Shown: positions 39,824 to 50,940 of the stretch, in pieces
Numbering within the stretch: position 1 is the first letter of the stretch
Layout of the letters: each line of letters starts with the position of its first letter
Assembly (NCBI GenBank): GCA_964252035.1
Contig: OZ176204.1
Source: Podarcis erhardii
Lineage: Eukaryota
Strand: one strand, 5' to 3'
Length of the DNA stretch: 64,000 bases
Translations under genes and position numbers: made by a program
Notes under the pieces: generated by a model
Databases searched by the model: none
Seen by the model: only the letters and a program-made list of their open reading frames with translations
Told to the model about the DNA's origin: nothing

Positions 39824-39991
39824 GGCTGCATACAAACCATACATTTAAAGCACATGTCTTCTTCCAAAGAATCCTGGACATTGTAGATTGTTCAGGGTAC
39901 TGGGAGTTGTAGCTCAGTTAGGAATAAATTACAGTTCTCAGGATTCTTTGGGGGAAGCAACGTGCTTTAAATATATGGTGGGTACTCAGCC
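39824..39991. mobile_element. Palindromic MITE (ggctg...taaagcac / gtgcttta...cagcc), possibly Harbinger-derived
   Basis: ~30-bp imperfect terminal inverted arms. Related copies near 31370-31510, 42135-42330 and 54845-55020. Confidence 0.55.
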
Positions 39992-40217
39992 AAGGTGGTA
40001 CCAAGATTCCAAAACAGTTAAAAGTGGCAAGCTCCAGTGTGAAACAGCTCTTTAGTGCTCAATCAGAACAAAGGCAATTCAGGATTTTTCTCTGGGTTGA
40101 TGTTTGCTCTGACTGGGCACTAAAGAGTGGGTTTTCCCTGAGAACTGAGTGGGGTGAGCAGAAAACTGCTCAGACTCATGCTTTCAAGTGGAAGTGTGGA
40201 CAAGCCTCAAGACTTAC

Positions 40218-40394
40218 TTGGAGACGTAGATACCAAGGCCATACTCTTTCCCCCCACGGATGTTGAAACCCAAGCAGTAGTCATCAGAGGTGGTATACAG
40301 GTGAATGATCCTCCGCCTCCCAATCTCAGAGCTCGTGTCTGATGGAGTTGAGCCACTCCTCTCCACAATCAGGCGCTTGTTCACCACATCAACC
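40218..40394 (-). CDS. PDZD7: PDZD7 coding exon 4 (start of PDZ2)
   Basis: Encodes [23 protein letters not shown]...[34 protein letters not shown] / GTAAG. Confidence 0.95.
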
Positions 40395-40785
40395 CTGTTG
40401 CGAGATAAAGAATTCACCCAGTATTCTGGACTCTGGGAGTTCTACACAGGCCTTTCCCCATGATCAGCTGAAATATTTTTGAATGGAACTTGGAAAATCA
40501 ATAAGCCCATAGGTGGCGGGCAGAACGTAACCAGAATTGCAATCTGGATGTTGAACAACCGTAACTGAGACTTAGGAATACACCCAAAGAACAGGATGAT
40601 TTATTTATTTTTTTGTACACAGGGAGGGTTCGCTCTTCTTCCACCTACCCCAGCTATCACCCTGAGAAAAATGGCTCTCCCTATTTGGCAATTAGGCTTA
40701 GAGGAAAGCTTCCATGGATGCAAATGGGAGCTTTTCCCTCTTAGGGATAATTGCCATGTGGGGGAGTGGGGCTGAGGAAGGAAGG

Positions 40786-40789
<4 letters not shown>

Positions 40790-40822
<33 letters not shown>
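40790..40822. repeat. (GA)n microsatellite
   Basis: Direct reading. Confidence 0.9.
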
Positions 40823-40828
<6 letters not shown>

Positions 40829-41807
40829 AATTAATGTGTCCATGTGTGAGACAGAAAGAGAATGAAAGCAATGTGTGATGGCTCCAGCCACACTAGCATA
40901 TGGCCACCTCTGAAACAAAACTTTATTTGAATCAGGGCTTATTAGGGCTGACACCCAAGACACCAAAACATGTCTCCAGAACATGCTTTTAACAGGGCTT
41001 GAGCCTGGTCATTTCTGGTTTCAGAAGAGAACCTCTCCATGCTGGATCTGGGGATGATGTATTGTATTTTAGGAAACTTATATCCAGTGCTATTTTTCTA
41101 GTGTTATATGTCACAAAGTTTAATGAAACAAAAAACATGAAATTCAGTCGTGGATCTTTCACAGTAATGAAAGACGGAATACAATATGTACTACCAACTG
41201 TACGGGTTATGAATGCTGTGAATAATGCTTTTTCCTCATCTGAAATGAATAAAAGAGAGAGAGAAAAATAGGTATTGATTCCCTTTCCCTACTGCTTATG
41301 GAAGCGAATGTGCTTCATCAAGTCAGTTTTGATGAATTTATCCAGAGTTTTGCAATCAGAAAACTTTGAAAGAAGCTATTTTAATTTCAACATGTCTTGT
41401 GTCATTTCCAGAAATAACATGCCGTTTTACAGTTTAGCATTGTTTGATTTTGAATTGCATAAGGGGCACCAAAATCTTTTCAGTGCTTAGGGGCTCTAAA
41501 GGCTTTAATCCAGCCCTGCTGCTTACAGAGTCCCATGCATGCCCCCTTGATCCTCTTCTGTTTCCCTCTTTCACATTAGCAGATGATTTCCCAGCCCTCT
41601 GCTCATCACTGTTCATTTCCTATCTACATATTATGCACAAAGCCCATGTCCAGCCTCGTTTCCCCATGTGTTTTAATGGCCTGTTTATTCATCCCAATTT
41701 GCCTACAGGGAGCTTTGGCGATGTCACCTAAAAGCAGGAGTTAGCCCACATTTTCCAGTGCATTTCCCTGTTACTTTCCTTAATACAAAAACTCTGATCT
41801 TTTGAGG

Positions 41808-42094
41808 TAAGCTTGCCATATGTGAGGAAAATTCCTGACACGTCCTGGTTTTCAGGTGTAAAAAAGGCGTCCGGGGGGCGGGGGGATTTTACCGAATCTG
41901 CAAAATGTCAGGCAAAACCCAGATGTATGGCAATGTGATGGAAAAAGCAGCGGAAACAGCTCCAAAAGCTTAAAATCACTATTTCCCCCCAAATTAGTTT
42001 GGTGGTTTCCTTAAAAAGCTCTACAATTTTGGGGGCTTCCTAAAAAAAAGTTTGCGGATGTCATGAATTATACTTTTAAAATATGGCAACCCTG
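41808..42094. mobile_element. hAT-type MITE, 287 bp
   Basis: Termini TAAGCTTGCCATAT / ATATGGCAACCCTG. Perfect 8-bp TSD TTTTGAGG at 41800-41807 and 42095-42102. Confidence 0.8.
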
Positions 42095-42631
42095 TTTTGA
42101 GGGATCATTGCATGACATCCTAGTCAACTACAGCTGGCTACACAACACACGTTTAAAACGCATTCAGAGCACCTTGCCCTCCCTGCAAGAATTCTGAGAG
42201 CTGTAGTTTGCTAAGGGTGCTGGGAATGCTAGCTCTGTGAGGGGTAGGCCACAGTTCCCAGGATTCTTTGGTGAAGGTGGTGGCGTGCTTTGAACGTGCT
42301 TTAAAAGGTATGGTGTAAACACAACCCAAGCAGTGCAACTGTATGTGATTGAACCCCACCTGGAAACAGCAGTAGTCTGGAAGCGCCCTAAGTCAGAGGG
42401 GAGCATTTAGCCCAGTAACCCCAGGTCACCTTGACCCGTCCCTCTCCTGCACCCTGGTCAGAGTTCATCCCGATAGCATCTCCTTGCTTCTCACGAAACC
42501 CGATCGCACCTTCTCTGCTCCGCTGAGCCCAGCACACTTGCCTCGGCCCTTACAAACAACACATTGTGATTTTTGGTTACCCAAGGGCCTGCTGACAATA
42601 GGGTGTCACCATAGCAGGCAGTTCCGCTTAC

Positions 42632-42806
42632 CATGTGGTCTTTTCTTTGGAGAACTTTATCCCTGGCACTTTGCCCATGCGTCTCACGACCATCCGCAAC
42701 CGGTTGTTCCCCGTCAGGACTTTGACTGCGCTTCCCATTGTAATGTTCTCCAAGCTCACACTATTAACCTCTGTGATTTTATCTCCAACACACAGCCCAG
42801 CCTGTT
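42632..42806 (-). CDS. PDZD7: PDZD7 coding exon 3 (PDZ1)
   Basis: Encodes [62 protein letters not shown] / GTAAG. Confidence 0.95.
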
Positions 42807-43094
42807 CTGTTGGTATTAAATACAGGTAACTCAACTTGGGCTAAGGATTAGAGAGGGTTTCTCTTTCCTGGTTTTCTTTAAAAAAAAATTATTTTTTTTT
42901 ACAGTATTACTAAAATGGCAAAATATAAAAGTATATAGCACACACATTTTAGAGTAAGGCAGGGTTTCTAAAACTTTCTACTCCCAGTTGAAACAGCTGA
43001 AAACTACTGAGGTCTACCTCAGTCACAAAATGGTGGTTCAGGAAGCAGAGTTTGGAAAAAACAGCTGGCATTTACTGACATTGTTTCCCACTTA

Positions 43095-43935
43095 CCGTAT
43101 TTTTCGCTCTATAAGACGCACCTGACCATAACACGCACGAAGTTTTTAGAGGAGGAAAACAAGAAAAAAAAAATTCTAAACGAAAGAGTGGATGTATGAT
43201 TTTTGTGGTTCATGCTGTGGCCACAGACATGTGATCTGACAGTGAGTTTGGAGTAGCCCAATGCAAAAATCCTGAGGATCCATGTGGATCCGTGCTTTGT
43301 AACCACATTTTAAGTGGGGAGGGAAGGAAAAGCACTCAAGGGACAAGGAGCACGCGTGGGGTGGGTGGAGAAGGATGCTACTAATAATGCAGGAGAGGGG
43401 TTTAAGGGGAGAAGAAGCACACGTGGGGTGGGTGGAGAAGGATGCTGCTAATAATGAAGAAGAGGGGTATAAGGGGAGAAGGCTCCTCTCCTCTCCCACT
43501 TTGCTCCTTTAAAGCAAGCAGGCTCTGCTTTTCTTCCTCCTCCCCGCTCATCCCCGGCTTAGCGAGCTGAAAAACTTTGCTGCTATGTAGCAAGCTGAGT
43601 GGGGAGGAGAGAGGGACAGAGAGCCTGCTTGCTTTAAAGGAACCAACCGGACAGGAGCCGCTTACACTCGTGTAAGCAGCTCCTCTCCTCTCCCGCTTTA
43701 CTCCTTTAAAGAAGCAGGCTCTCTGTCCCTCTCTCCTCCCCACTCAGCGGCTCTTCTCCCACTTTGCTGTTTCAAAGCGAGCCACGGAGGAGGGAAGGAA
43801 GGGGAACCATGGATCCTCTGCTCACAACTGCAGCAGATCCCCCCCCCCCGTAGGCATTCCCTCCATAACACGCACAGACATTTCCCCTTACTTTCTAGGA
43901 GGAAAAAAGTGAGTGTTATGGTGCAAAAAATACGG
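43095..43935. mobile_element. Non-autonomous Tc1/mariner (pogo-like) element, 841 bp
   Basis: TIRs CCGTATTTTTCGCTCTATAAGACGCAC / (rc) CCGTATTTTTTGCACCATAACACTCAC. TA on both sides. Subterminal ccataacacgcac repeats and internal duplications; no transposase ORF. Confidence 0.8.
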
Positions 43936-44884
43936 TATATCTAATCCATCTTTGGAAATGGTTAAAGTCTGCCACAGCATTGTTCTTGTGGCAAGGAGTT
44001 CAATGGGTCAGTTTTCCTCAGGCTAAGTACATAATTTGCTTTGGAGATATTGTGAGGGCCTCCTCATTTCAGGCAGGATTTGCTGATTCAGGGGCTCCAA
44101 GTGAAAAAATCTTTTAAAAATATTTTCCCCTCCCCATTCCCACATGACCCTAAAAGTATTTTTACCCATCTTCTGTAATTTCTTCTCCCACTCTCCTTTC
44201 ACACTCAACTTCTACCTAATTTCTGCCCCTCTCCCACAACTACAAGTTTCTTTCATCTCTCCTCCTTGGTCCTTAGACATTTGCTTCTTCCTCCTGTAAA
44301 AGCTTATCTCTCTTATCCCCTTCCTTTATATTCCCAGTTTATATAAATAACAACAGCAGGCTTTTACTTTATAATTTCCTTCTTTGGCCCTTTTGCCTCA
44401 GAGGAGGGAGAGGACCATGTATACCACATTGAATTCCTTGGGGAAAAGGTGGGCTAAAAATGTAATAAATGTAATAAATAATAATAATAATAGCCTTGAT
44501 AGCATATTTTCTCTCTCTGATTAAAAGACTTATTCTTCACTGGAGCTCTAAAGACCTGTATGCATGGCTCTTGGAGAATCTGACATTTTGCGATGTCATG
44601 GAATTCTATACTGATGTGCTTCCAGAACTACTTAGCAACGTGACACATAAACATTGTCTCAAATAAATTACTTTGCTTGGGTTTTGCTGCAACCTCCAGA
44701 CATGGGTTAGGTCCTGGAGAAGAACTGGTCAGCACTGGAAGACCACTTGCTGGCAAAGATTTAAGTCTAGGTGATTTTGCCAGTGTTGCAGGGACTAGAA
44801 TGAAGTTCTGATTTTATGGATAGAACATCCGAGCAGCTTGTTGTCTCTTTTTAAGGCTGGGAGGATTGGAGAGATTTTGCTTAC

Positions 44885-45025
44885 CTGCACTGCTGCCCTC
44901 CTCCACCTTGCTGACGAAGATACCCAGGCCATGCTCCGAGCCTCCGCGCACACTGAAGCCCAGCTTCCCATCTGTGCTTTTTTCCACCGTAATGGCATTG
45001 ATGGCATCACTCTCATCACTGTTAG
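44885..45025 (-). CDS. PDZD7: PDZD7 coding exon 2 (PDZ1)
   Basis: Encodes [50 protein letters not shown] / GTAAG. Confidence 0.95.
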
Positions 45026-46864
45026 CTGTCATGGGGATACAGCATGATATAATTATGAAATGACACCACTAAGGACACTCACTGCGCTGGAATGACCAGC
45101 AAAAGGAGCTACTCATGATCCTCTACCCTAACACTGGGAAAGTGATAGTAGAAAGAATTGCAAGAGAAATATGCCACACCTCCCTACACTCTGCATTTTA
45201 GCCTCCCTTCCCCATCATTGTGGGTCCACCAGACCCAGAAATGTCATCTGGGCAGGCTGGAGGGCATGCCATGAAATCCCTGACAGTTTACTTCCTAGGG
45301 AGACATGGGCGTTTGTCAAAGTATGTCTCCTCTGTCAATGCACACATGGATGTCCTGTCTAATATAAATGATTACAATACACACAACACAAACCTAGAAC
45401 TGCAACAAGCATCTCCCCCTCCTGTTCTCCTATCTGGCAGCAATATTGTAAATGCCTTCACACCCTGGGAACATGGCCAGCTCCAGAAGAGTCCCAACTA
45501 GAACTGCTTTTTTATGTGGATGTGATTTTATACTATTTTATTTTGCTCTCAGCTTTTCAATTTTGTAATTGGTGTTTTTATCTTGACACTGGCTATTGAC
45601 CGTAATAAAATGCCTGCAACATGTTAATAGGAGCTGTGGGAGTGGCTTTGTTCAGGGCAAGGTCAAATGAGGAGACAGATCAGTCTATTGGAGGGGGTTG
45701 GGGTTGGGGTGGCAGGAGCCTTTTCTCCTCTAAATCTCTAGATTTTGACCGCTATATATCAAGGAGCCTGTAAAATGTTCTATATGACACCTATATGTTT
45801 TGCTACCTGGGGCAAATAGAAGAATGGGGGAGGGCAGCCCCAGAGAAAGTGTTAAGCTCTATCTCCATCATGGCCCTGATCCAAATTAGCTCTTCCTCAC
45901 CCTATGATCCCTATGGTTGCAATTCACAACTAAAATCAGGCCCATGCAGAACTTGTCTGAGGCCTGATGGAGGAGTCTTGTTAGAATAAAGTTATAGACC
46001 CTGAACAGTGTAAGTCTGGCAGGCCTGGTGGCACTCCTCATTTGGCTGGCTTAGCCCTCTGAGGCCTGGAACAGGTATACCCAGCTGTATCTCACCCTCT
46101 CTGCTCGAGCCTGTTTAAAATGCACCCTGTTTAAAAAGGATCCACAGTTCTGCTCATGGACTTCTCATACCGTGTCTTCTTTGGTCCTCAATCAGAAAGT
46201 GGCAGCATAGTAGAAAGTCCCGTTTTGCTGCGGCTCAGCATTGTGGGAGGCTGCCTGAATCAATTTTATCTCTCTCCCTCAATGTAGAGGCTAATTTAGG
46301 GGAGAACGCCTGGTTCAGTTGCACTGGGTGCGGAGCCTTGGTGTGCCATAGGGGCCACTGCAACTATAATGTAGTATGGAAGGCAAGAGGTATGGGGTGC
46401 TGAATTTTGAGACCCCAAGTTCTGCCATTGCTCCATGTCCTCTTATCTCTGCCCCTAACACCTCATTTCTTTGCACCAAATAATTGCCGAAAACAACCCA
46501 TCCTATATAACATGAGGTAACATTTACTTCCTGGAATTATGCATATTACAAATGCATGTTTCTAATTACAGTGATACTTCCTAATCACATAATTGGCTTA
46601 TTTACTAATACTGGAATGTATATAAAATTGCAGGGCAATGAGGTGTGCGCGCTAATTGGCTCTCTTGGGTCACAGCAACTTCCTCATAAATCTGCAACTG
46701 ATCTTGCAAGGAAAGGAACAAACAGCACCATTTGGCTATGGCTCTACTCCTTTGCAAAAGGATGATACCAACTCTCTCCATCCAGCCAGGATCTGGCTTG
46801 GCTATGTAGGTAGAAATCACGTCCCTTGCACACTACCACCTCCCACCTTCATCCCCAACGGTAC

Positions 46865-47057
46865 CTTCAAGGGGTGTATTGATGAGGATAACTCTTCCCA
46901 TGGGGGACGAGGTGCGGTAGTCCCGAAGGTTCCCATTCAGGAGCCGGTTCTGCCTGCTCAGCAGGAGGCGATTGGCAGTGCTGATGTCACTGCTGGAGCC
47001 CCGGGAGTGAGTCGGGTAAATGATTTCGCTCTGGAATGAATCAGGAGTGTATGCCAT
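46865..47057 (-). CDS. PDZD7: PDZD7 coding exon 1
   Basis: GCC ATG G start with an in-frame TAA 7 codons upstream. Encodes MAYTPD...[27 protein letters not shown]. Donor GTAC at 46864. Confidence 0.9.
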
Positions 47058-48198
47058 GGCAGGACAGGGTGCTGGTTATGCACAGAAGGACTCTCGCTGT
47101 CGGGTCTCTTGATGGGTTGGAGAAGCACACTGCGCTTGGGCCTGATTCCTTCAGGAAAGTTGGGCGAGTTTGTTACATTTTGGCCCCTTAGGTTGCTTCC
47201 CACCAGCGGAAACCGTTGCTGGACATGTTTCCATCAATCATAGTATTACCTCTCGTAGACTCATTTTGTTGTTGTCGATGGTGATGTTACCACTGAGGAT
47301 TGTCCTTAGGAAAATTCACCTATTTTTAAAATGCAGGATCCAATGAAAACATCTTGCCTCTCATGGGTTTAGATTCATGCTCTTTCTCTGTCTTCCAGAC
47401 ATGTATTCTGTAATAATAGTAGTAGTGATGGTAGTAGTAGTAATACTATCATTTTTTTACCCTAAAGCCTTTAGTCAAATTTAAGCCCTATGCACATTTA
47501 ACTGGAAGCAATTCCCATTGAATTAAACAGGACTTATTTCTATGTAAATAAGTTTAGGATGGCTGCATGGATTTCTTTTGAGTTTGTGGTGCAACAAGAA
47601 CATGTTTTATGGCACTCCAGAAGTCTCCTTGACAAGGGAGCATACCCTCAGTCAGTCCCTCTAGTACCTGAACTTTTGAGGACAGTCATAACAATATTTT
47701 TGCACTCACAAGGTTGAGAAAATGAAATTTAAAAAAATGAAATTTGTGGCTGGCAGAATTTTTACAAAAATATTACTACCTTTCACACAGTGCTCACTGC
47801 ATCCACTCTTTGAAGTTAGGTGTGTGTGTGTGTGGGGGGTTTCTAATGCTAATTCAACAGTTTCAGACATGAAGGCACTTCATATTTATTATCTAAGCAA
47901 TATGGTGGATGAAGACATTTTTACAGTAAGACATAAGCATGTTGCAAACATTGTTTGAAACATTTTCATTGTAGTGGGACTGTTGTGTTCCATGGAATTT
48001 ATGTAGAATAAAAAGCAGGAATAATATTGTTTGACTATGGCTGTCCTAGCTAAATGTAGAAAAATTAAAGCTGAAAAGAAAATGGATCAGATTCTTTTCC
48101 TTCCAGTGTCACAGTGTGATTCTATTTTAGCACTTTTAGTCTAAAAACATCTGTTGATTTCAGTGATGTATCTCCAGGTTTATGGCTTGGCAATTTAA

Positions 48199-48327
48199 TA
48201 GAATCATATCATTCTAGACTTAGAAGGGACCACAAGGATCATCTAGTCCACCCCCTTGCAATGCAAGAATCTTTCACCCACGCCCTGAGATTCAGAGCCT
48301 CATGTGCTCTACCGACTGAGCTATCCC
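48199..48327 (-). mobile_element. tRNA-derived SINE (Squam3-like) with internal deletion
   Basis: Reverse complement of the gggatagctcagtcggtagagcacatgag head plus CR1-like tail. Same family as 16139-16280. Confidence 0.75.
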
Positions 48328-50279
48328 AACCAAATCTTCCTGGTTTGCACAGCGTGACTGGATATGCACTTGTTCAGCTGAGACCAGAAGTAACCCTACC
48401 TTGATATGCTTATATTTCTCAATATTCTTACCGCTTAAGAATTACACTAGGGTGGCTTGAAGTGGGTACACTTGTTTACAGTAGCCAGTGCCAAGCTGAA
48501 ATGCTTTCAGCTTGCTGTATAGATAAGAAAATAATAATTTTCTTTTCTTTTTTTAAAAAAAATAAAATTCAGAAACTTTTAATGAATTGCCCAAAAAACT
48601 AATACTTTTTAGAGCTTTGCTTGTAAATAACTCGAGATGCTGCAGGAATTCTGCTTTGATCTCTTAATGCTCTCTGCTGAATATCCTGGAAGCTTTGCAT
48701 TCCACCCAGTATAAAGCAGTATGCAACAGCCAAAGCTTTTGCTCATTGTAACATTCTCAATAAGAAGCCTTAAAAGAGACTATGTCCCAAGCGTGGGCAT
48801 TTGTTCCTCTACATGGCTGTTCAGTCCTGGAAGATCTCTCTGCTTTTGCTATGTAATCACTCAGGGGAAGAGAGGGGGATTTTCCAGCTTACTCTGCATC
48901 ACTGATACGCAAGCCCCAGTCTCCCCCCCCCCCCGCCGCCGTTTCCTTGCCTGCACATTAGCTGGAATGAAGCCTGCGTGCGGAGTGACCTGACCTTAAT
49001 AAATAAGTGATGTCATCTCTTCCATTAGAGATACAGCACGGAGGCGGGGACCGCAGAAACCCTTGTGGGAGAGGACAAGATATGGGGCACGCCCCAATTC
49101 TGATACAAGGCCACTAGTCGGCAACTTCTCAACAACCGTCGCTTCTGCTCCAGTGTGAGTGGAGCGGGATGTTTCAGCACCTTGGACAGGTCTCCCGAAA
49201 GCACCTGCATTAAATTGCATCCTGCTACCTGCAGGTAAACCTTCTCATGCCTAACGCCCTTGTTCTACCTGGCAACTCTCTCTGACCTAGCACAAAATAA
49301 TCTACAGACAGTAGAGAGACGAAAAGGGAAGGGTGACCCGCTCAGAAATGCAATTAACCCCTGATTAACATACCCCTCCCATGCCCCCCTCACCTGTTTC
49401 CATGTTGCTCTGCAAACTTCCTCACCTGGGACAGACACACAGTTGAGCCTGCAAACCTGGTGGCTGCTAGAGGTACCTATCACCCCCGTCACATGGATTG
49501 GCTGGTCAAACCAGGAACAAGACCTCTCATAGGTCAGAAGAGCTGTCAGTTATTCACAGCACTTCCTCGTTGTATCTCTTGTGAAGGGAAGGGGGGAAAC
49601 TCAGCAGGTGTGTTTCTGGACTTGTAACAAGCAGAGAAGAATGGAAGCAGCTCCAACAGAGAACATTATTAGGACTATCCATTTGTTCTGCAGTCAAAAT
49701 GAACAGGTAACGGCATGTGATTGCTGAAGAGGGATGTATCCTCCCCAATCTAAAATGGCTTATGTGTGTTAATTACTGGAAGCAATTTTTTAGATATCAA
49801 AATACCCCATTGAGATTATTGTCTATGTTTTGATGCTTTTGTTGGACTTTGTGTCCTGCTTATGTGTCTTGTACATTTATGATAATAAAAGGAGACATAT
49901 CTATACTTTAGTAAGGTGTAGAGGAAAGTCTGTACATCTCGTAAATTAACTTTACATTTGAAGAAGAGATTCCCATTTTGCATTAGTATATTTGCTGGGC
50001 AAAATTATCTAAAATATACACATTTATTATAGCCATTAACATCTAGTCCTAATAGGGTGGCCAAATGCAAAAGAAAGTGGGGCCTTAATAGTCACCTTTA
50101 ATAGTTAGGTCACCTGCACCTGCTGAAATACCCTCTTCTACCCTGCTATATTGAAAGAAGCAGGAGCCTTGTTGTCTTTTGCACTAGGTGGAGGTGAAGT
50201 GATGACACTGGACTAAAGCACTTCCTGGCATGCAGGCAAGACTGAACAGAGGTAAATCCCAACCAGAGTAGCATAGAGT

Positions 50280-50285
50280 TTTATT
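50280..50285 (-). terminator. Candidate polyadenylation signal of the otopetrin gene
   Basis: AATAAA on -, about 425 nt after the stop at 50710. Confidence 0.5.
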
Positions 50286-50709
50286 GAATTAGTCCATATC
50301 AACAGAAAACAAAACAGAATACAAATAAAGTCTGCATAAAAGTAAACTGCATTTAAAACTCTATATGAAAGGAAATGTTGTATTTGCTTTTGCTAAAACA
50401 GCTAAAAACCAAGACATTAAAAATAAAATAGAGTTAAATAGGGGAGAAGGACATCATACTAGTTTAGGTAGTCTGCTAACCCCCTGAAATAAAACCTGCC
50501 AGGGAGATTAGTTCATGTACCAAACTTGCTAGTTGCCTGTCTCTGATAGAGTGGGCTTTCTCAAGTTGATCATTCAGATGCTCCGTGGACTTAATCTGAG
50601 GAATGTGTGATTTGCTTGAAATGCTGGTTGGTGCAATAGGTAGATAGCTTTGCAACCCTCTCTTGTATAAAGGGCAGCTTCTTTTAGCTTCCCTCATGTG
50701 TGGGGGCAC

Positions 50710-50940
50710 TTATGCTGCTCTCTCCATGATGTCAGGGTGCATTGGTGGTCCTAAGGCTGGTGGTGTTTTGCAGGTCTTGCAGTAAACTTCAAAGAGACTA
50801 GCCACGGAGTGCATGCGGTAAAAGATGCCCAGTGGCAGGGAGATCTTGACCACAATGGCCCATAGTGTGAAGCCATAGAAAGACTGCTCAATCTGGCTCA
50901 CCAGGTGCGGGCGGGTCCCATAGGCATATAGAATCCACAC
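50710..50940 (-). CDS. Otopetrin-family proton channel, coding exon 6 (terminal)
   Basis: TAG acceptor at 50941-50943. Encodes VWILYAYGTRPHL...LPLGIFYRMHSVASLFEVYCK...ERAA*. FYRMH is the otopetrin signature. Confidence 0.9.
   Translation of the reverse strand: MWILYAYGTRPHLVSQIEQSFYGFTLWAIVVKISLPLGIFYRMHSVASLFEVYCKTCKTPPALGPPMHPDIMERAA

Noticed and set aside
46958-47203. 81-aa ORF overlapping the PDZD7 start as a possible inhibitory uORF
   Set aside because: It begins at GTG, not ATG, and the 5' UTR exon boundary is undefined.
50710-50725. Otopetrin C-terminus (-ERAA) as a PDZ ligand for neighbouring PDZD7
   Set aside because: It does not fit class I (S/T-X-hydrophobic) and is at best a weak class II/III motif.
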